Below are positions 63,820 through 64,000 of a stretch of DNA of 64,000 nucleotides, in pieces. Both the position numbers and the translations under genes were made by a program. This stretch comes from Hypanus sabinus (taxonomy: Eukaryota). The DNA is taken from contig NC_082717.1 of assembly GCF_030144855.1 (NCBI RefSeq), positions 43,400,001 to 43,464,000 of the forward strand, read 5' to 3'. Within the stretch, counting starts at the first letter, position 1. Each line of letters begins with the position of its first letter. Under the pieces are notes generated by a model, which was given only the letters and a program-made list of their open reading frames with translations, had not been told where the DNA came from and did not search any database.

Positions 63820-64000
63820 CCTACATATCTCAATTTTAAATGGCAGCCTCCTTGTCTTGTAAGTACGTACCTCATTAATTCCCTTCCTACTAGTGAATAT
63901 ATATCAAATTTTATCCCACCATGCTCCTTTCTACTAAATTCCAAAATAACAGGTCTAACCTTCAGCTATTCATGACAGGATAATCCTCTCATCCCAGGAA
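63820..64000 (-). mobile_element. Old CR1 fragment running off the window edge
   Basis: Degenerate CR1 C-terminal sequence (..TCCAAAATAACAGGTCTAACC..CCTCTCATCCCAGGAA). Confidence 0.5.

Overview
Vertebrate non-coding DNA, most likely from a cartilaginous fish (probably a ray; inferred from the repeat families, not proven). The window is dominated by transposable-element debris: many CR1 and Rex/Babar-type LINE fragments, Penelope-like element (PLE) fragments, tRNA-derived SINEs, a decayed two-LTR chromodomain Gypsy element with an intact 5-bp TSD (14810-19681), an older Gypsy relic, two solo LTRs, and Tigger, Tc1 and hAT non-autonomous DNA elements. I could not identify any intact protein-coding gene. 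Every ORF I could assign is a TE fragment, and only isolated, unassignable candidate exons appear in unique sequence. The most notable signals are: (i) about a dozen copies of a minimal hammerhead-ribozyme motif in PLE termini, many short copies beginning within a few bases of the ribozyme core; (ii) an old, highly degenerate ~28-bp tandem array (58.7-63.3 kb, split by three LINE insertions) whose unit carries an RFX X-box-like palindrome; (iii) a motif-dense candidate promoter/enhancer near 49.3-49.85 kb; (iv) recursive-splice-site-like motifs. I do not see convincing evidence of a wholly new biological system. TE boundaries without a stated TSD are approximate.
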